A DNA stretch of 64,000 bases from an uncultured Clostridia bacterium (GCA_944386195.1 CALXAD010000001.1:7581-71580), one strand, 5' to 3'. Shown: positions 1 through 10,083, counted from the stretch's first letter. The notes: generated from the letters alone by a model not told the origin. Translations and numbers: made by a program.

Positions 1-1174
1 TTGCTGTTGCTGATATATATATAAACATTGAGAAAAATTGTATAATCATTAATATTGCCATTCCTAAATATATTGATGTTTTTTCTTGTAGCATTCTTGC
101 TATTTGAACTATATCAGTATTTGGTTCTGTGTGCATTCCAGCAAAAGATAATACTATTACTAATATTGGAAATAAAATAGCTGGCATTATACATTGCATA
201 AAAAATATTGGATTTCTAATTAATGTTTTAAATTCTTTCCCTATATAAGTTTTAGATAAAGAACTTCTTTTAAATGCTATTTTTTCATTAATTGCTGTTT
301 TTGTCCTTTTACCACTATATAGACTGCCTACTGCTCCTCTTAAGAATAGTTTTTGTCCTACTGCAATATATATCAAATACAATATAGCTGTTACTAATAC
401 TAATTCTATTAAATTTAAATAAGAATTATTTGCTAAAGCTTCAATTGCCATTCCTAATGTCGGAAAAGCATCTCTTATCATTTCTACTAAACCATTTGCT
501 TTTGTTGCCATTTCTATTAATTCTTCTTGTGAACCTTCCATGTCATTTGTTTTAAAAGAAATTAAACATATGGCTATTATCAAAATAATTGTAGCAATTA
601 CTTGAAATCTATTTTTATTTTTAGTAAATTTGGCAAAACTCATAACTATTAATACTAGTAAGCTAGAAATTAATATTGGTACTATTGGAAATGCCAATAA
701 AGTTATTATCATAGAAATATAATAAAATATATTTGCTGATGTTAAAATTCCATATATAATAAGTGGTATTAATCCTATTATTACTACTATAAAATATTCT
801 GTAATTAATAATACATTCGTTTTTGCCATTATTATTTGGCTTGGTTTTATTGGTAAAGGTAATATATATTCATTGTCTTTTGAATAATACAATAAACTAA
901 TTGCTGAAAATATTGTTTGTATTAACACAAATATTCCAATTACTAAAAGTATTAATCCTAAAAACACCTCTTCTTGCTGTATTTTTATTAATCCTTCTAC
1001 TAAATTATAACTAAAAAATCCAACTATCCCTGCTAAATACAAAAATACTATTGCATATAAAATTAATATTGATTTTGAATTAGCTTTATTTTTCTTGCTA
1101 CTTGATGTTTCTATATTTTGAAATGAATTTTTTAAAAATACTTTTGTTAATGCTACTACTTTATTTTTCATCAT
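1..1174 (-). CDS. ABC-2-type exporter permease, partial (3' end lies beyond window start)
   Basis: Minus-strand frame is open from ATGATG at 1169-1174 (overlapping the ATPase 3' end by 14 nt) down to position 1. Hand translation (MMKNKVVALTKVFLKNSFQ...) gives about 390 aa with many long hydrophobic segments. It lies directly downstream of an ABC ATPase. It is absent from the ORF track because it runs off the window. Confidence 0.6.
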   Translation of the reverse strand, partial: MMKNKVVALTKVFLKNSFQNIETSSSKKNKANSKSILILYAIVFLYLAGIVGFFSYNLVEGLIKIQQEEVFLGLILLVIGIFVLIQTIFSAISLLYYSKDNEYILPLPIKPSQIIMAKTNVLLITEYFIVVIIGLIPLIIYGILTSANIFYYISMIITLLAFPIVPILISSLLVLIVMSFAKFTKNKNRFQVIATIILIIAICLISFKTNDMEGSQEELIEMATKANGLVEMIRDAFPTLGMAIEALANNSYLNLIELVLVTAILYLIYIAVGQKLFLRGAVGSLYSGKRTKTAINEKIAFKRSSLSKTYIGKEFKTLIRNPIFFMQCIMPAILFPILVIVLSFAGMHTEPNTDIVQIARMLQEKTSIYLGMAILMIIQFFSMFIYISATA

Positions 1175-1889
1175 CTGTAATCTCCAAAAATAATTGCTCT
1201 AAAGATGCATTTTCTTTAAATTTGTCTTTCATTTCTTCAAAAGTACCAACAAAAACCAATTTACCTTTATTTATTATTCCAACTCTATCGCAAAGTTTCT
1301 CTGCAACTTCTAATATATGTGTTGAGAAAAATACTGTATTTCCTTGTTTTGCATGTTCCCTCATCATTTCTTTTAAATCATATGATGATTTTGGGTCTAA
1401 ACCTGTCATTGGTTCATCTAATATCCAATTTTTAGGATTATTTAATAAAACTCCACATATTACTATTTTTTGTCTCATACCATGTGAATAACTTTGTATT
1501 TCACTGTTTAAATCATCATATATTTCAAACTTTTTAGTTAGTGTTTCTATTCTTTCTTTTCTTTTTTCATTTGGCACTTCATATATATCTGCTAAAAAAT
1601 TCAAATATTCTATTCCTTTTAATTTTAAAAACATATCTGGACTATCTGGTACAAATCCAAAATTCTTCTTAGCTTCTAAAGGTTCTTTTTGAATGCTTTT
1701 TCCGTCTATAAATATATCTCCTTCATCTGGGTTTAATATTCCTGTTATCATTTTTATTGTTGTTGTTTTTCCTGCTCCATTTGGTCCTAAGAATCCAAAT
1801 ATCTCACCATTTTTTATTTCTAAATTTAGATTATCTATTGATTTTTTACCTTTCACATAAGATTTTGAAACATTTTCTATTTTTATCAT
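1161..1889 (-). CDS. ABC transporter ATP-binding protein
   Basis: Walker A GPNGAGKTT, signature-like YSHGMRQK and Walker B ILDEP in a 242-aa ORF. Confidence 0.9.
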   Translation of the reverse strand: MIKIENVSKSYVKGKKSIDNLNLEIKNGEIFGFLGPNGAGKTTTIKMITGILNPDEGDIFIDGKSIQKEPLEAKKNFGFVPDSPDMFLKLKGIEYLNFLADIYEVPNEKRKERIETLTKKFEIYDDLNSEIQSYSHGMRQKIVICGVLLNNPKNWILDEPMTGLDPKSSYDLKEMMREHAKQGNTVFFSTHILEVAEKLCDRVGIINKGKLVFVGTFEEMKDKFKENASLEQLFLEITDDEK

Positions 1890-1898
1890 TTTATCCTC

Positions 1899-3452
1899 CT
1901 ATTTTTTAAATAATCTGCCAAATAGTCCTTTTTCCTGCTTTTCATTCTTCTTACTTTTTTCTTTTCTACTTTCTCTTATTAACTCATCAATTTTTTCTTC
2001 AGTTATTTCTCCATCATCTTCTATAATCTCTTCTTGTTCCTGGTCATCAAATTCATCATCATCATATTCATATTCATCATCATATTCCAAATCTTCATCT
2101 TCATAGTCATCATCTTCGTCATATTCATCGTAATTACTTTCTTCTTCATCATCAAATTCTACATCTTCATAATCATTTTCGTCATCATACTCATAATCAT
2201 CATAATTTTCGCCATTATTATAAATTTCTTCTTTATTTTCATTTTCTATTATTGGATTTTCTTCTTCTATCCTATATTCTGATAAATCTTTTTCAAATTT
2301 TTCGCTTACTTCTTCTTGAAATACATTATATATATTTTTTATTCCTTCTATTCTCCAATAATTAGAGTTTATAACTGTTCCCATATTTATTTTTATATTT
2401 GTTACTTCTTCTTCAAAGTCTCTTTCTTTTTCTTCTATATCTTTTAAATAGTTTTTATTATACAACTCTTTATATGCTTTTTTTGTTGCTTTTTTTGTTG
2501 TTTCTCTTATTAATAATTCATATAATTTATTTATTTGTTCTATATCTAAATCAAAATTTTTGCATGCTTCTTCCATTAATTTATCATGTACTTTTTTACC
2601 ATTCATTGCTGTCATTCTTTCATTATCTAAAAATCCTACTATATATTCTTTTTCAGCATTTAAAAATGATAATTTTACATTTACATCTCTTGCTACTTTT
2701 TCAAATTTTGTAAGTTTTAATGAATCATTATTTACTTCACTTAAAAGTTTTTTCATTTTTTCAAAAATAGTAATATATAATTCAGCTTCTTTTTTAGCAA
2801 TTTTTGTTCTTACTTCAACTGCTTTTTTCATAACTTCTACATTAAATGGTACTCTTTCATTTTTACCATTTTTCAACATTTTATTTACAATATTATTTTT
2901 TTCTTCCTCATTGTCTGAACTCATAAATCTTTTTATATTTTCTATTGCTTTTACATTCATTTCTGAAAATTTAGCACTTATTTCTTTTATTGTATCTAAA
3001 TATTCACTTTCTGTAGTTCTATGAATTCTTGCATATTTATTTCTTTCTTTCTGTCTTTCTGTAAATATAACTATTGCTTTTACATACTTTACCCTTAATT
3101 CTTTTATTTTTTCATTATTTTTATCAAAATTATCTTCTATCTCTTGAAGTTTTTGATCTAAAGTACTTGGATTCTCACTTAAGTCATTAAAAAGATTATT
3201 TCTTTCTTCTTCTAATCTCAAATTTACTTCATGTAATTTATTTTGTGCTTTTTGAATTTGCTCTATTTCTGAAGCTACTTCGTCAAATTTTCCTATTACA
3301 TCATCCTCTTCATTAATAATTCTTTGGTATTCTCCTATTTTTTCTATTAATCTGTTGTAATTTTCGTAATTAGATTTCAAATTATTTTCTTTATTAAAAC
3401 CTAAAACTCCTTCAAAATAACTTTCTAAAACTATTGCACTTCTTTCATACAT
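1899..3452 (-). CDS. Hypothetical coiled-coil protein with a polyacidic D/E/Y tail and a C-terminal amphipathic helix
   Basis: 517-aa ORF, 10 nt upstream of the ABC ATPase gene. It is heptad-like and K/E-rich for about 400 aa, followed by about 100 aa of D/E/Y repeats, and ends EKGLFGRLFKK. Confidence 0.7.
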   Translation of the reverse strand: MYERSAIVLESYFEGVLGFNKENNLKSNYENYNRLIEKIGEYQRIINEEDDVIGKFDEVASEIEQIQKAQNKLHEVNLRLEEERNNLFNDLSENPSTLDQKLQEIEDNFDKNNEKIKELRVKYVKAIVIFTERQKERNKYARIHRTTESEYLDTIKEISAKFSEMNVKAIENIKRFMSSDNEEEKNNIVNKMLKNGKNERVPFNVEVMKKAVEVRTKIAKKEAELYITIFEKMKKLLSEVNNDSLKLTKFEKVARDVNVKLSFLNAEKEYIVGFLDNERMTAMNGKKVHDKLMEEACKNFDLDIEQINKLYELLIRETTKKATKKAYKELYNKNYLKDIEEKERDFEEEVTNIKINMGTVINSNYWRIEGIKNIYNVFQEEVSEKFEKDLSEYRIEEENPIIENENKEEIYNNGENYDDYEYDDENDYEDVEFDDEEESNYDEYDEDDDYEDEDLEYDDEYEYDDDEFDDQEQEEIIEDDGEITEEKIDELIRESRKEKSKKNEKQEKGLFGRLFKK

Positions 3453-3520
3453 GATGAAAACCTCCGAATTTTTTATTTGGATATATTATATATAAAAAAT
3501 AATAAAAAGTCTAGGTTTTA

Positions 3521-3709
3521 CTAGACTTTTACAAATTTTTCTTTTTCTATTCCTGTTATTTTTACAATTGTTTCCACATTTATTTTTTCTTTATACATTT
3601 TCTTTGCTAAATTTATTGCTTCTTCTTTTCCTTCTTCTCTGCCTATTTTTCTTCCTATATTCTCATGCATTTTAAATTCTGTATCTATTCTTTCTTTTAC
3701 TGCTAACAT
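3521..3709 (-). pseudogene. Duplicated 3' fragment of an Rpn-family nuclease gene
   Basis: The 62-aa ORF (MLAVKERIDTEFKMHENIGRK...KKMYKEKINVETIVKITG) is a diverged copy of the last ~55 aa of the adjacent 320-aa Rpn ORF. Similarity continues upstream of its ATG (KGDEYM) in a stop-containing frame. Confidence 0.6.
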
Positions 3710-3749
3710 ATATTCATCTCCTTTTATTTAATTTGTTAATCATATTATT

Positions 3750-4712
3750 TTATATAAATTCTTCCTTTTTTAACCCCGTTATTTTTACAATTGTTTCTAT
3801 ATTTATTTTTTCTTTATACATTTTCTTTGCTAAATTTATTGTTTCTTCTTTTCTTCCTATATTCTCATGCATTTTAAATTCTGCATCTATTCTTTCTTTT
3901 ACTGCTAACATATATTCATCTCCTCCTTTATTTAATTCTTTTATTATTTCTTCGATTTCTTCATTTTCCATATTTCCTGATAATGTTATTCTTACTATTT
4001 CATTCATTTGTTCTCTTTCTTCTTTTGTTATTCTTTTAAATACTTCTTTAGCACTTTCTAAAAACTCTTCTATTCCCTTTGATTTTTCCAAATACATTGC
4101 CTTATATAATAGACTTTTACTTTTTAATAATTCTTCTTTAGTATAATTATTTATATCCTCCACTATATAATTTCCTAATGTTTGTATTTCTCTTTCTTCT
4201 GTGTAAAAATCTTCCTGTAATTCCCTTATCTTTGTTTTTGCATTCCATTTTCCTTCTCCTGTATATATTACTGTTGCTAGTACTATTGCCTCTTTTTCTC
4301 CTCTTTTCTTTGCTTCACATGTTCTCATTATTTCTATTTCATAATTTAATATTCTATATGCCATATAATAATCTTTTTTAGTTTGATGTTCTATTAAGAA
4401 AAATATTTTTTTACTTTTTATCTTATATATTATATCTGCTTCTAGTAATCTTCCTCCCTTATTTATAAATTCTTTATCATATACTTCTACTTCCTCTACC
4501 TTTATATTTAAATTAAATTTTCTATTTATAAATTTTACTGCTTCCTCTTTTTTTGATAATATATTTTTAAACATTTTATCGTGTTTTTTGTCTACTTTTG
4601 TTTTACTTTTTTCTAATTGTTCTTCACTTTCTTTTGCTAATTTTTCTATTCTATTTCTTTTTTCTTCATTTTCTACATATTTTAAATAATCTTTATATGT
4701 AAATATATACAT
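3750..4712 (-). CDS. Rpn-family recombination-promoting nuclease / PD-(D/E)XK putative transposase (YhgA-like)
   Basis: Motif block EADIIYKI...FFLIEHQTKKDYYMAYRILNYEIEIM is typical of the Rpn/Transposase_31 family. A paralogue lies at 52714-53805. Confidence 0.8.
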   Translation of the reverse strand: MYIFTYKDYLKYVENEEKRNRIEKLAKESEEQLEKSKTKVDKKHDKMFKNILSKKEEAVKFINRKFNLNIKVEEVEVYDKEFINKGGRLLEADIIYKIKSKKIFFLIEHQTKKDYYMAYRILNYEIEIMRTCEAKKRGEKEAIVLATVIYTGEGKWNAKTKIRELQEDFYTEEREIQTLGNYIVEDINNYTKEELLKSKSLLYKAMYLEKSKGIEEFLESAKEVFKRITKEEREQMNEIVRITLSGNMENEEIEEIIKELNKGGDEYMLAVKERIDAEFKMHENIGRKEETINLAKKMYKEKINIETIVKITGLKKEEFI

Positions 4713-4729
4713 ACTTTTTATGCACCTCT

Positions 4730-4758
4730 ATTATAATTGTAATATATTGTAAAGTCAA
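4730..4758 (-). promoter_or_regulatory. Sigma-A-type promoter for the Rpn gene
   Basis: Minus strand reads TTGACT (4753-4758), a 17-nt spacer, then TATAAT (4730-4735), about 18 nt upstream of the start codon. Confidence 0.55.
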
Positions 4759-4978
4759 GTTTTATTTTAAAGTAAATTAAATATCATTTTTGTATTTCCT
4801 CGTTTTTTCTCTATTATCTACCTCTTTTCTTTTATTTTTAATTAATTGAATTTTGGAAAGACATTTCCAATACGAAATAATTATTTGAACTAAAGTGTAC
4901 TTATAATACCACCATATTATATTTATGTCAATGTCTTTATTAAAATTTCTTTTAACTTTTATTCGACAAAATTTTAGT

Positions 4979-5012
4979 AAAAAATAACAGTAAAATTAGA
5001 TATTACTGTTAT
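4979..5012 (-). terminator. Intrinsic terminator downstream of spoIVB
   Basis: 10-bp stem AATAACAGTA / TACTGTTATT followed by a T-run on the minus strand, 19 nt after the spoIVB stop. Confidence 0.6.
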
Positions 5013-5030
5013 TTTTTTATACTCTTAAAT

Positions 5031-6251
5031 TTAATTTACTTCTTTTGATTGTTTTAACATTATATCTGCAAAAACTCCATAACCTTCTTCTGGTTCATTT
5101 ACTAAAACATGAGTTATAGCACCGATAAATTTTCCGTTTTGAATTATAGGAGAACCAGACATTCCCTGAATTATACCTCCTGTTTTATTAAGTAATTCTT
5201 GGTCTGTTACCTTTATTTCCATACTTTTATTATTATAATTATTATCTTTATAAATTTCTTCTATTTCTATTTCATATTCTTTAGCTTTCCCATTATCAAG
5301 GCTACACAAAATAGTTGCTTTTCCTTTTTTTATCTCATCTCTCGTTGCAACTTCCATTTCTTTTGATGTATCTATATTTAAACTAGATAAATTTTCAACT
5401 GTTCCATATATACCAAATCTTGTATTTTTACTAATTGTTCCTATTTTTGTTTGGTCTTCTATTGTTCCTTGAATTTTTCCAGGATTTCCTCTTTCTCCTT
5501 TGGTTATATTTAATATTCTTGTTGTTACAAATTCTCCTGATGATATATTAACTAATTCATTTGTATCTATATCTGTTATTCCATGTCCTAAAGCTCCAAA
5601 TATTTTGGTTTCTGGCTCATAAAATGTAACTGTTCCCACTCCTGCTGCACTATCTCTAACCCAAAGTCCTAATTTATATTCATTATCCATACTTTTTACT
5701 GGTGTTATACTACATTCTTTAGTTTCTTCATCATGTAAATATTTTATTTTTACTTCTTTTCCATTTGACATATTAACACATTCAATTAAATCATCTGTTG
5801 AATTTATATGTGTATCATTTACTTTTATTATTGTATCTCCTTCTTCTATTCCTGTGTTTTCATAAGGTTTATATTTTTTGTTATCTTCCCCTTCAATTTC
5901 TGACATTCCAACTACTAATACTCCATTTGTATATAGTTTCACCCCTGCAATATTTCCTACTGGTATTACCTTTGTTCTTGGAATTATATTTACATCAACA
6001 TCTTTTATTTTAAATATATCAAATAAACTTACTTCTAATTTTTTATTTCCTATTCCATCATTTATTTTTTCTTCATTATTTGATAATGTTTCAACTGTAT
6101 TTTTAATTTCTAATCCTAATAAAGTTTTCATAGATATGTTTTCTCCTTCAAATAAAACTATTTTATTAGGAATTTTTCCAATTGCTAAAGTATAACAAAA
6201 AATAATTATCAAAAAAAATACTAATAATAGCATTTTCAAATATCTTTTCAT
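5031..6251 (-). CDS. spoIVB: Stage IV sporulation protein B (SpoIVB, S55 serine peptidase with PDZ domain)
   Basis: N-terminal TM segment and motifs GTVTFYEPETKIFGALGHGITD and GMSGSPIIQNGKFIGAITHV, characteristic of SpoIVB. Confidence 0.9.
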   Translation of the reverse strand: MKRYLKMLLLVFFLIIIFCYTLAIGKIPNKIVLFEGENISMKTLLGLEIKNTVETLSNNEEKINDGIGNKKLEVSLFDIFKIKDVDVNIIPRTKVIPVGNIAGVKLYTNGVLVVGMSEIEGEDNKKYKPYENTGIEEGDTIIKVNDTHINSTDDLIECVNMSNGKEVKIKYLHDEETKECSITPVKSMDNEYKLGLWVRDSAAGVGTVTFYEPETKIFGALGHGITDIDTNELVNISSGEFVTTRILNITKGERGNPGKIQGTIEDQTKIGTISKNTRFGIYGTVENLSSLNIDTSKEMEVATRDEIKKGKATILCSLDNGKAKEYEIEIEEIYKDNNYNNKSMEIKVTDQELLNKTGGIIQGMSGSPIIQNGKFIGAITHVLVNEPEEGYGVFADIMLKQSKEVN

Positions 6252-6308
6252 AAATTTCTCCTTAAATTTGCTATTATTAGTATTTACTTTTTTTTATTTT
6301 CTATACAG

Positions 6309-7908
6309 TTATTCACTATATTCATCCATTAATTCTTCATAATTATTATTAGTTTTATACATGCTATATCGCTCTCTTCCAAGTGCTGTAAAATATGCTT
6401 GTGCAGCAGCACCACCTTTTTCTGCCATATATTCATATATATTTTCTGGTACATCTACTCCTGTCTGACTAACTACTGATGAATAACATCCCAGTTCATT
6501 ATGTGAATAATAATAATATGTTCCTTCCGTACTAGTTGCAACTGTTTTTCTTTCAAAATCCATATTTAAATATGCACCTGTTACATTTGTTCCGACGTCA
6601 TTATCAGTTGGTTTATGATATTGACCATCAGATGTTATTAAATATATTGAGTCTGTATTTACAACTTCCTCGTTTACTGTATTAGTTACAATTGAATAAC
6701 CATTATAAAGTTTTCCACCAATGCTTAATCCTTGCATAAAACTTATTATAGAAATATTATTTATTATTCTTTCCCATTCATCTTCTTGTAATTTTGGCAT
6801 TTGGAAATTTGCACTTGTGTCTGAAGCATATCTATTATAATTTGCTATTGCTACAGATAAATTTTTTTCAATTGAATAACGTATTATAGCTTGTCTTTGC
6901 ATATTAAAATTAGAATTTGGGTCTTCTATTGATTTGCCAGTTGAAGCACTTTCACTTTCAAATATTTCATAATTTCCTAGACCTTCAATTTGTCTTCCTG
7001 TTACAATATCTCTAGCATCTGCACCTGTTAAATCTCCTAAATTACTTTCAACCCAATTTGTAAAGTCTCTAGCTTGTTGATAATATCTTATTCCTGAATG
7101 GTCTTGTTCACTGATTGTTGATTCTAAAAAGTCTTGTCTTTGACCATTTAAAATTGAAAACCATGTATCACCATCTTTATAATATTTAACTCCATTTATT
7201 CTAACATATGGACAATTTTGAATTTCTCTAAAACTTCCATCTTCTTGTACAAATCCCACATTTTCTGTTAATGTTTCTGATGGAGAAATTCGAACACCTC
7301 TATAACTTATATTATCTCCTGAACCAGTTATGTTTGATGGCTCTATTAAATATCCATATCTATACACTGATTCACCATTTATTACTCCTTGTACTGTTAT
7401 ATAATTATCCAATGAATATGTTATTACAACATCTATACCACCTGTTTGATATCTACAGCTATAAAATATATATGGTTTTAAACCATATATTTTTTCTCCA
7501 TTTTCGTATGTTACTGATTCTTCTTGAGATTCTTCATCAAGTGTATTGGTAAATGGCGAATAAATATAAAATCCATCATACATTGTATAAACAACTGCTG
7601 GGACATAACTCTGCAATATATCTTTATTATATCCGAGCCATATTAAAATTACTAGCCATTGAATTAAAGAATGTATTAACAGATGCTTCTATATCTCTTA
7701 ATTTTGAATTAGCAATATCTGACGTGCTACTATTAAAAGCATTTAATTGGAATGCTTTTAAAGCATCATATGTCGCATTTGTTAATTTAGTATCATATGA
7801 TATTTGTAATTCCAATGTCTTAACTTGATTTTGCACATATGAAGTTAAAACCATAGATATTGGCAACATAATTATAATAAATATTACCGCTAAACTTTGA
7901 TATTTCAT
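6309..7908 (-). CDS. Filament-locus protein with an N-terminal TM anchor. It is a single 532-aa product only if a +1 shift occurs at CGG-A (complement 7633-7635).
   Basis: The 93-aa ORF (7627-7908) ends ...NFNMA-CGG-AUA-UAA. Skipping the C gives GGA UAU AAU AAA GAU AUA UUG... in frame with the 435-aa ORF (6309-7616). That ORF otherwise has only a TTG start and no RBS. Confidence 0.6.
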
Positions 7909-7981
7909 AATTTATTCTTTCCTTTTGTATTAATAAAATTAGCTTGTAATAATAATTATTACAAGCCAAAAAGTAATTTTT

Positions 7982-8524
7982 TTAATTTCCAGCTCCGTTG
8001 GCTGTAACTATGCCAGCATGTTCCGCTGCAATTGTATATGTATCATTTCCTGTTACTGAATAGAAAAAGTTCTTAAGTTGTTGAGATAATGTTGAATTTG
8101 TATTTTTTACACTTGTTGAAAACATATCTCCTTCTTTTAATGCTAATACTTTAGTTCTACCATCAGAACCTGGAGTTATGGAATCCATTATTTGAGATGT
8201 ATACATTGTATAATAAACATTCTCTCCTATTTTAGTAGATGGTGTCTGTGTTGTTTTCTTTCCTGGGTTTTCATCTAGTATTTGAGCTTCCATTTCAACA
8301 TCATAACTGTTTCCAGTTGCTGAAATTTGTTCTACAAATTTACTATATTTATCCATTGAAATTCTTCCTGTAGTTCTTACATCGTCTACAAATTCAGTTG
8401 TTGCAGCTTCTACCGCTAATTGTGATACATCATCTGTCCTATCAGACATTGTCATTAGTGGAAACACAAACATTAAAACTGCAGCCAATACTATAGCTAT
8501 TACTGTAATTAACGTATCTCCCAT
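7982..8524 (-). CDS. Filament-locus protein, N-terminally membrane-anchored (minor pilin/TadE-like role possible)
   Basis: 180 aa. N-terminus is MGDTLITVIAIVLAAVLMFVFPLM. Co-directional and tightly packed in the locus. Confidence 0.55.
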   Translation of the reverse strand: MGDTLITVIAIVLAAVLMFVFPLMTMSDRTDDVSQLAVEAATTEFVDDVRTTGRISMDKYSKFVEQISATGNSYDVEMEAQILDENPGKKTTQTPSTKIGENVYYTMYTSQIMDSITPGSDGRTKVLALKEGDMFSTSVKNTNSTLSQQLKNFFYSVTGNDTYTIAAEHAGIVTANGAGN

Positions 8525-8555
8525 TTTATCCTCCTTACTGGAACTTGTCCAGATT

Positions 8556-9197
8556 TTATAATAATGTATAAGTAATTACTCTTTTAGTTGTTTTATTTGC
8601 ATCTGGAACATCAGACTCTTCATCATCTGATGTAGAATCTTCATCTGAAGTTGCTTCATCTTCATAAAAAATTCCTATATTTTCTTTTACTTTACTCCTT
8701 ATTATTTTATCATAAATTCCCGTATCATTCAAGTATACTCGTGAGATTTTTGCAAAATTCTCTTTAATATCAATAAAATTATCTAATCTGCTACCATAAA
8801 TTAAAGCATTTATAAATTGAAGTCTTTGCTCTTCTGAACCTAATGACTCATTTTGCAAATCTATTGAATTGACAACTTGTCGATTTCCATGCTCATCAGT
8901 TGCAGTATATACACCATCATCACCTATATTTTCAAATACTATTTTATAATGTTCTTTATATGCTTTATATATAGATGGTATAACTGTTTCTATTCCCACT
9001 ATTCTCTCAGTTGATACATTTCCATCTGCATCTGTATTTTCTTCTACATAAGTATAATCATATTCTTTATCTTGATAATTTAAAATTGTTTCTGCAGTAA
9101 TTCTGGCTTCTCCAAAGGCATTGATACTTATGGATAATGCCAAAACAAATATTAAAACTGCTGCTGCCATTTGTAAAGCTTCTGCTGCATTTTCCAT
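8556..9197 (-). CDS. Pilin-like protein, MENAAEAL-type N-terminus
   Basis: 213 aa. MENAAEALQMAAAVLIFVLALSISINAF followed by a soluble domain with an acidic S/D/E C-terminus. Confidence 0.65.
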   Translation of the reverse strand: MENAAEALQMAAAVLIFVLALSISINAFGEARITAETILNYQDKEYDYTYVEENTDADGNVSTERIVGIETVIPSIYKAYKEHYKIVFENIGDDGVYTATDEHGNRQVVNSIDLQNESLGSEEQRLQFINALIYGSRLDNFIDIKENFAKISRVYLNDTGIYDKIIRSKVKENIGIFYEDEATSDEDSTSDDEESDVPDANKTTKRVITYTLL

Positions 9198-9214
9198 AAA
9201 TATCTACCTCCCTT

Positions 9215-9634
9215 CTAACTACCACTATTTTCGGTTATTGTAATTTCACTAATTAATCCACCTTCTGTATAATCTGTTGCTTCTACTTTATATGTTGAAC
9301 CTGATTTAGCTCCTTTTTTATAGTTTCCTGCTGATGCTGTAGCACCATCTGTAATAGCACTATCTCCTTTAAGTGTAATTTGTTCTGTTGAGTCATCTGT
9401 TGACATATTATTTGTATTTACTGCGCTTACTAATGCGTTAACATTTACTCCTCTTATTTTATCTCCCAAATATTGGTCAAATTTTCCATTAAATGATGTT
9501 ACTTGTACTTCTGTCATTGAATTATTGTTTACTACTCCTGCTGCTTGATTATAAATCATTATTCCTAATGATATAATTAAAATTGCAAGTAATATTGCAC
9601 CTGCGATTATTAATGCTTTTGACGCATTTTCCAT
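9215..9634 (-). CDS. Pilin-like protein (candidate major subunit, copy 1), MENASKAL-type N-terminus
   Basis: 139 aa. MENASKALIIAGAILLAILIISLGIMIY. About 90% identical to the next gene. RBS is AAAGGAGGA. Confidence 0.75.
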   Translation of the reverse strand: MENASKALIIAGAILLAILIISLGIMIYNQAAGVVNNNSMTEVQVTSFNGKFDQYLGDKIRGVNVNALVSAVNTNNMSTDDSTEQITLKGDSAITDGATASAGNYKKGAKSGSTYKVEATDYTEGGLISEITITENSGS

Positions 9635-9669
9635 AATAATATCCTCCTTTAAAATTTTATTTAATTATA

Positions 9670-10083
9670 CTAAGTATTTTCAGTTATTTTTATTTCACTA
9701 ATTAATCCACCTTGTGTATATTTTGTCACTTCTACTTTATATGTTGAACCTGTTTTAGCTCCTTTTTTATAATTTCCTGATGATGCTGTAGCACCTTCTG
9801 TAATAGCTGTATCTCCTGTAAGTGTAATTTGTTCTGTTGAGTCATCTGTTGACATATTATTTGTATTTACTGCACTTACTAATGCATTAACATTTGCTCC
9901 TCTTATTTTATCTCCCAAATATTGGTCAAATTTTCCATTAAATGATGTTACTTGTACCTCTGTCATTGAATTATTGTTTACTACTCCTGATGCTTGATTA
10001 TAAATCATTATTCCTAATGATATAATTAAAATTGCAAGTAATATTGCACCTGCGATAATTAATGCTTTTGACGCATTTTCCAT
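9670..10083 (-). CDS. Pilin-like protein (candidate major subunit, copy 2), MENASKAL-type N-terminus
   Basis: The track ORF extends to 10125. An internal ATG at 10083 is preceded by AAGGAGGG and gives a 137-aa protein colinear with copy 1. Confidence 0.75.
   Translation of the reverse strand: MENASKALIIAGAILLAILIISLGIMIYNQASGVVNNNSMTEVQVTSFNGKFDQYLGDKIRGANVNALVSAVNTNNMSTDDSTEQITLTGDTAITEGATASSGNYKKGAKTGSTYKVEVTKYTQGGLISEIKITENT

Noticed and set aside
2034-3024. Plus-strand ORFs antisense to minus-strand genes. Examples: 2034-2282, 2399-2713, 2560-3024, 3733-4146, 5798-6195, 35931-36251, 52721-53351, 59141-59842, 62102-62536, and many others in the track.
   Set aside because: They are L/F/I/S/Y-rich low-complexity translations of the complement of A/G-rich coding DNA. 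They have no RBS and overlap well-supported genes. They are typical shadow ORFs of AT-rich genomes.
4950-5017. Similarity between this stretch and 54068-54135 (upstream of the two Rpn genes), as evidence for a larger duplicated mobile unit.
   Set aside because: The by-eye alignment is about 70% over about 70 nt of very AT-rich sequence and partly reflects generic terminator features. It needs a proper alignment, so I mention it only as tentative within the Rpn finding.
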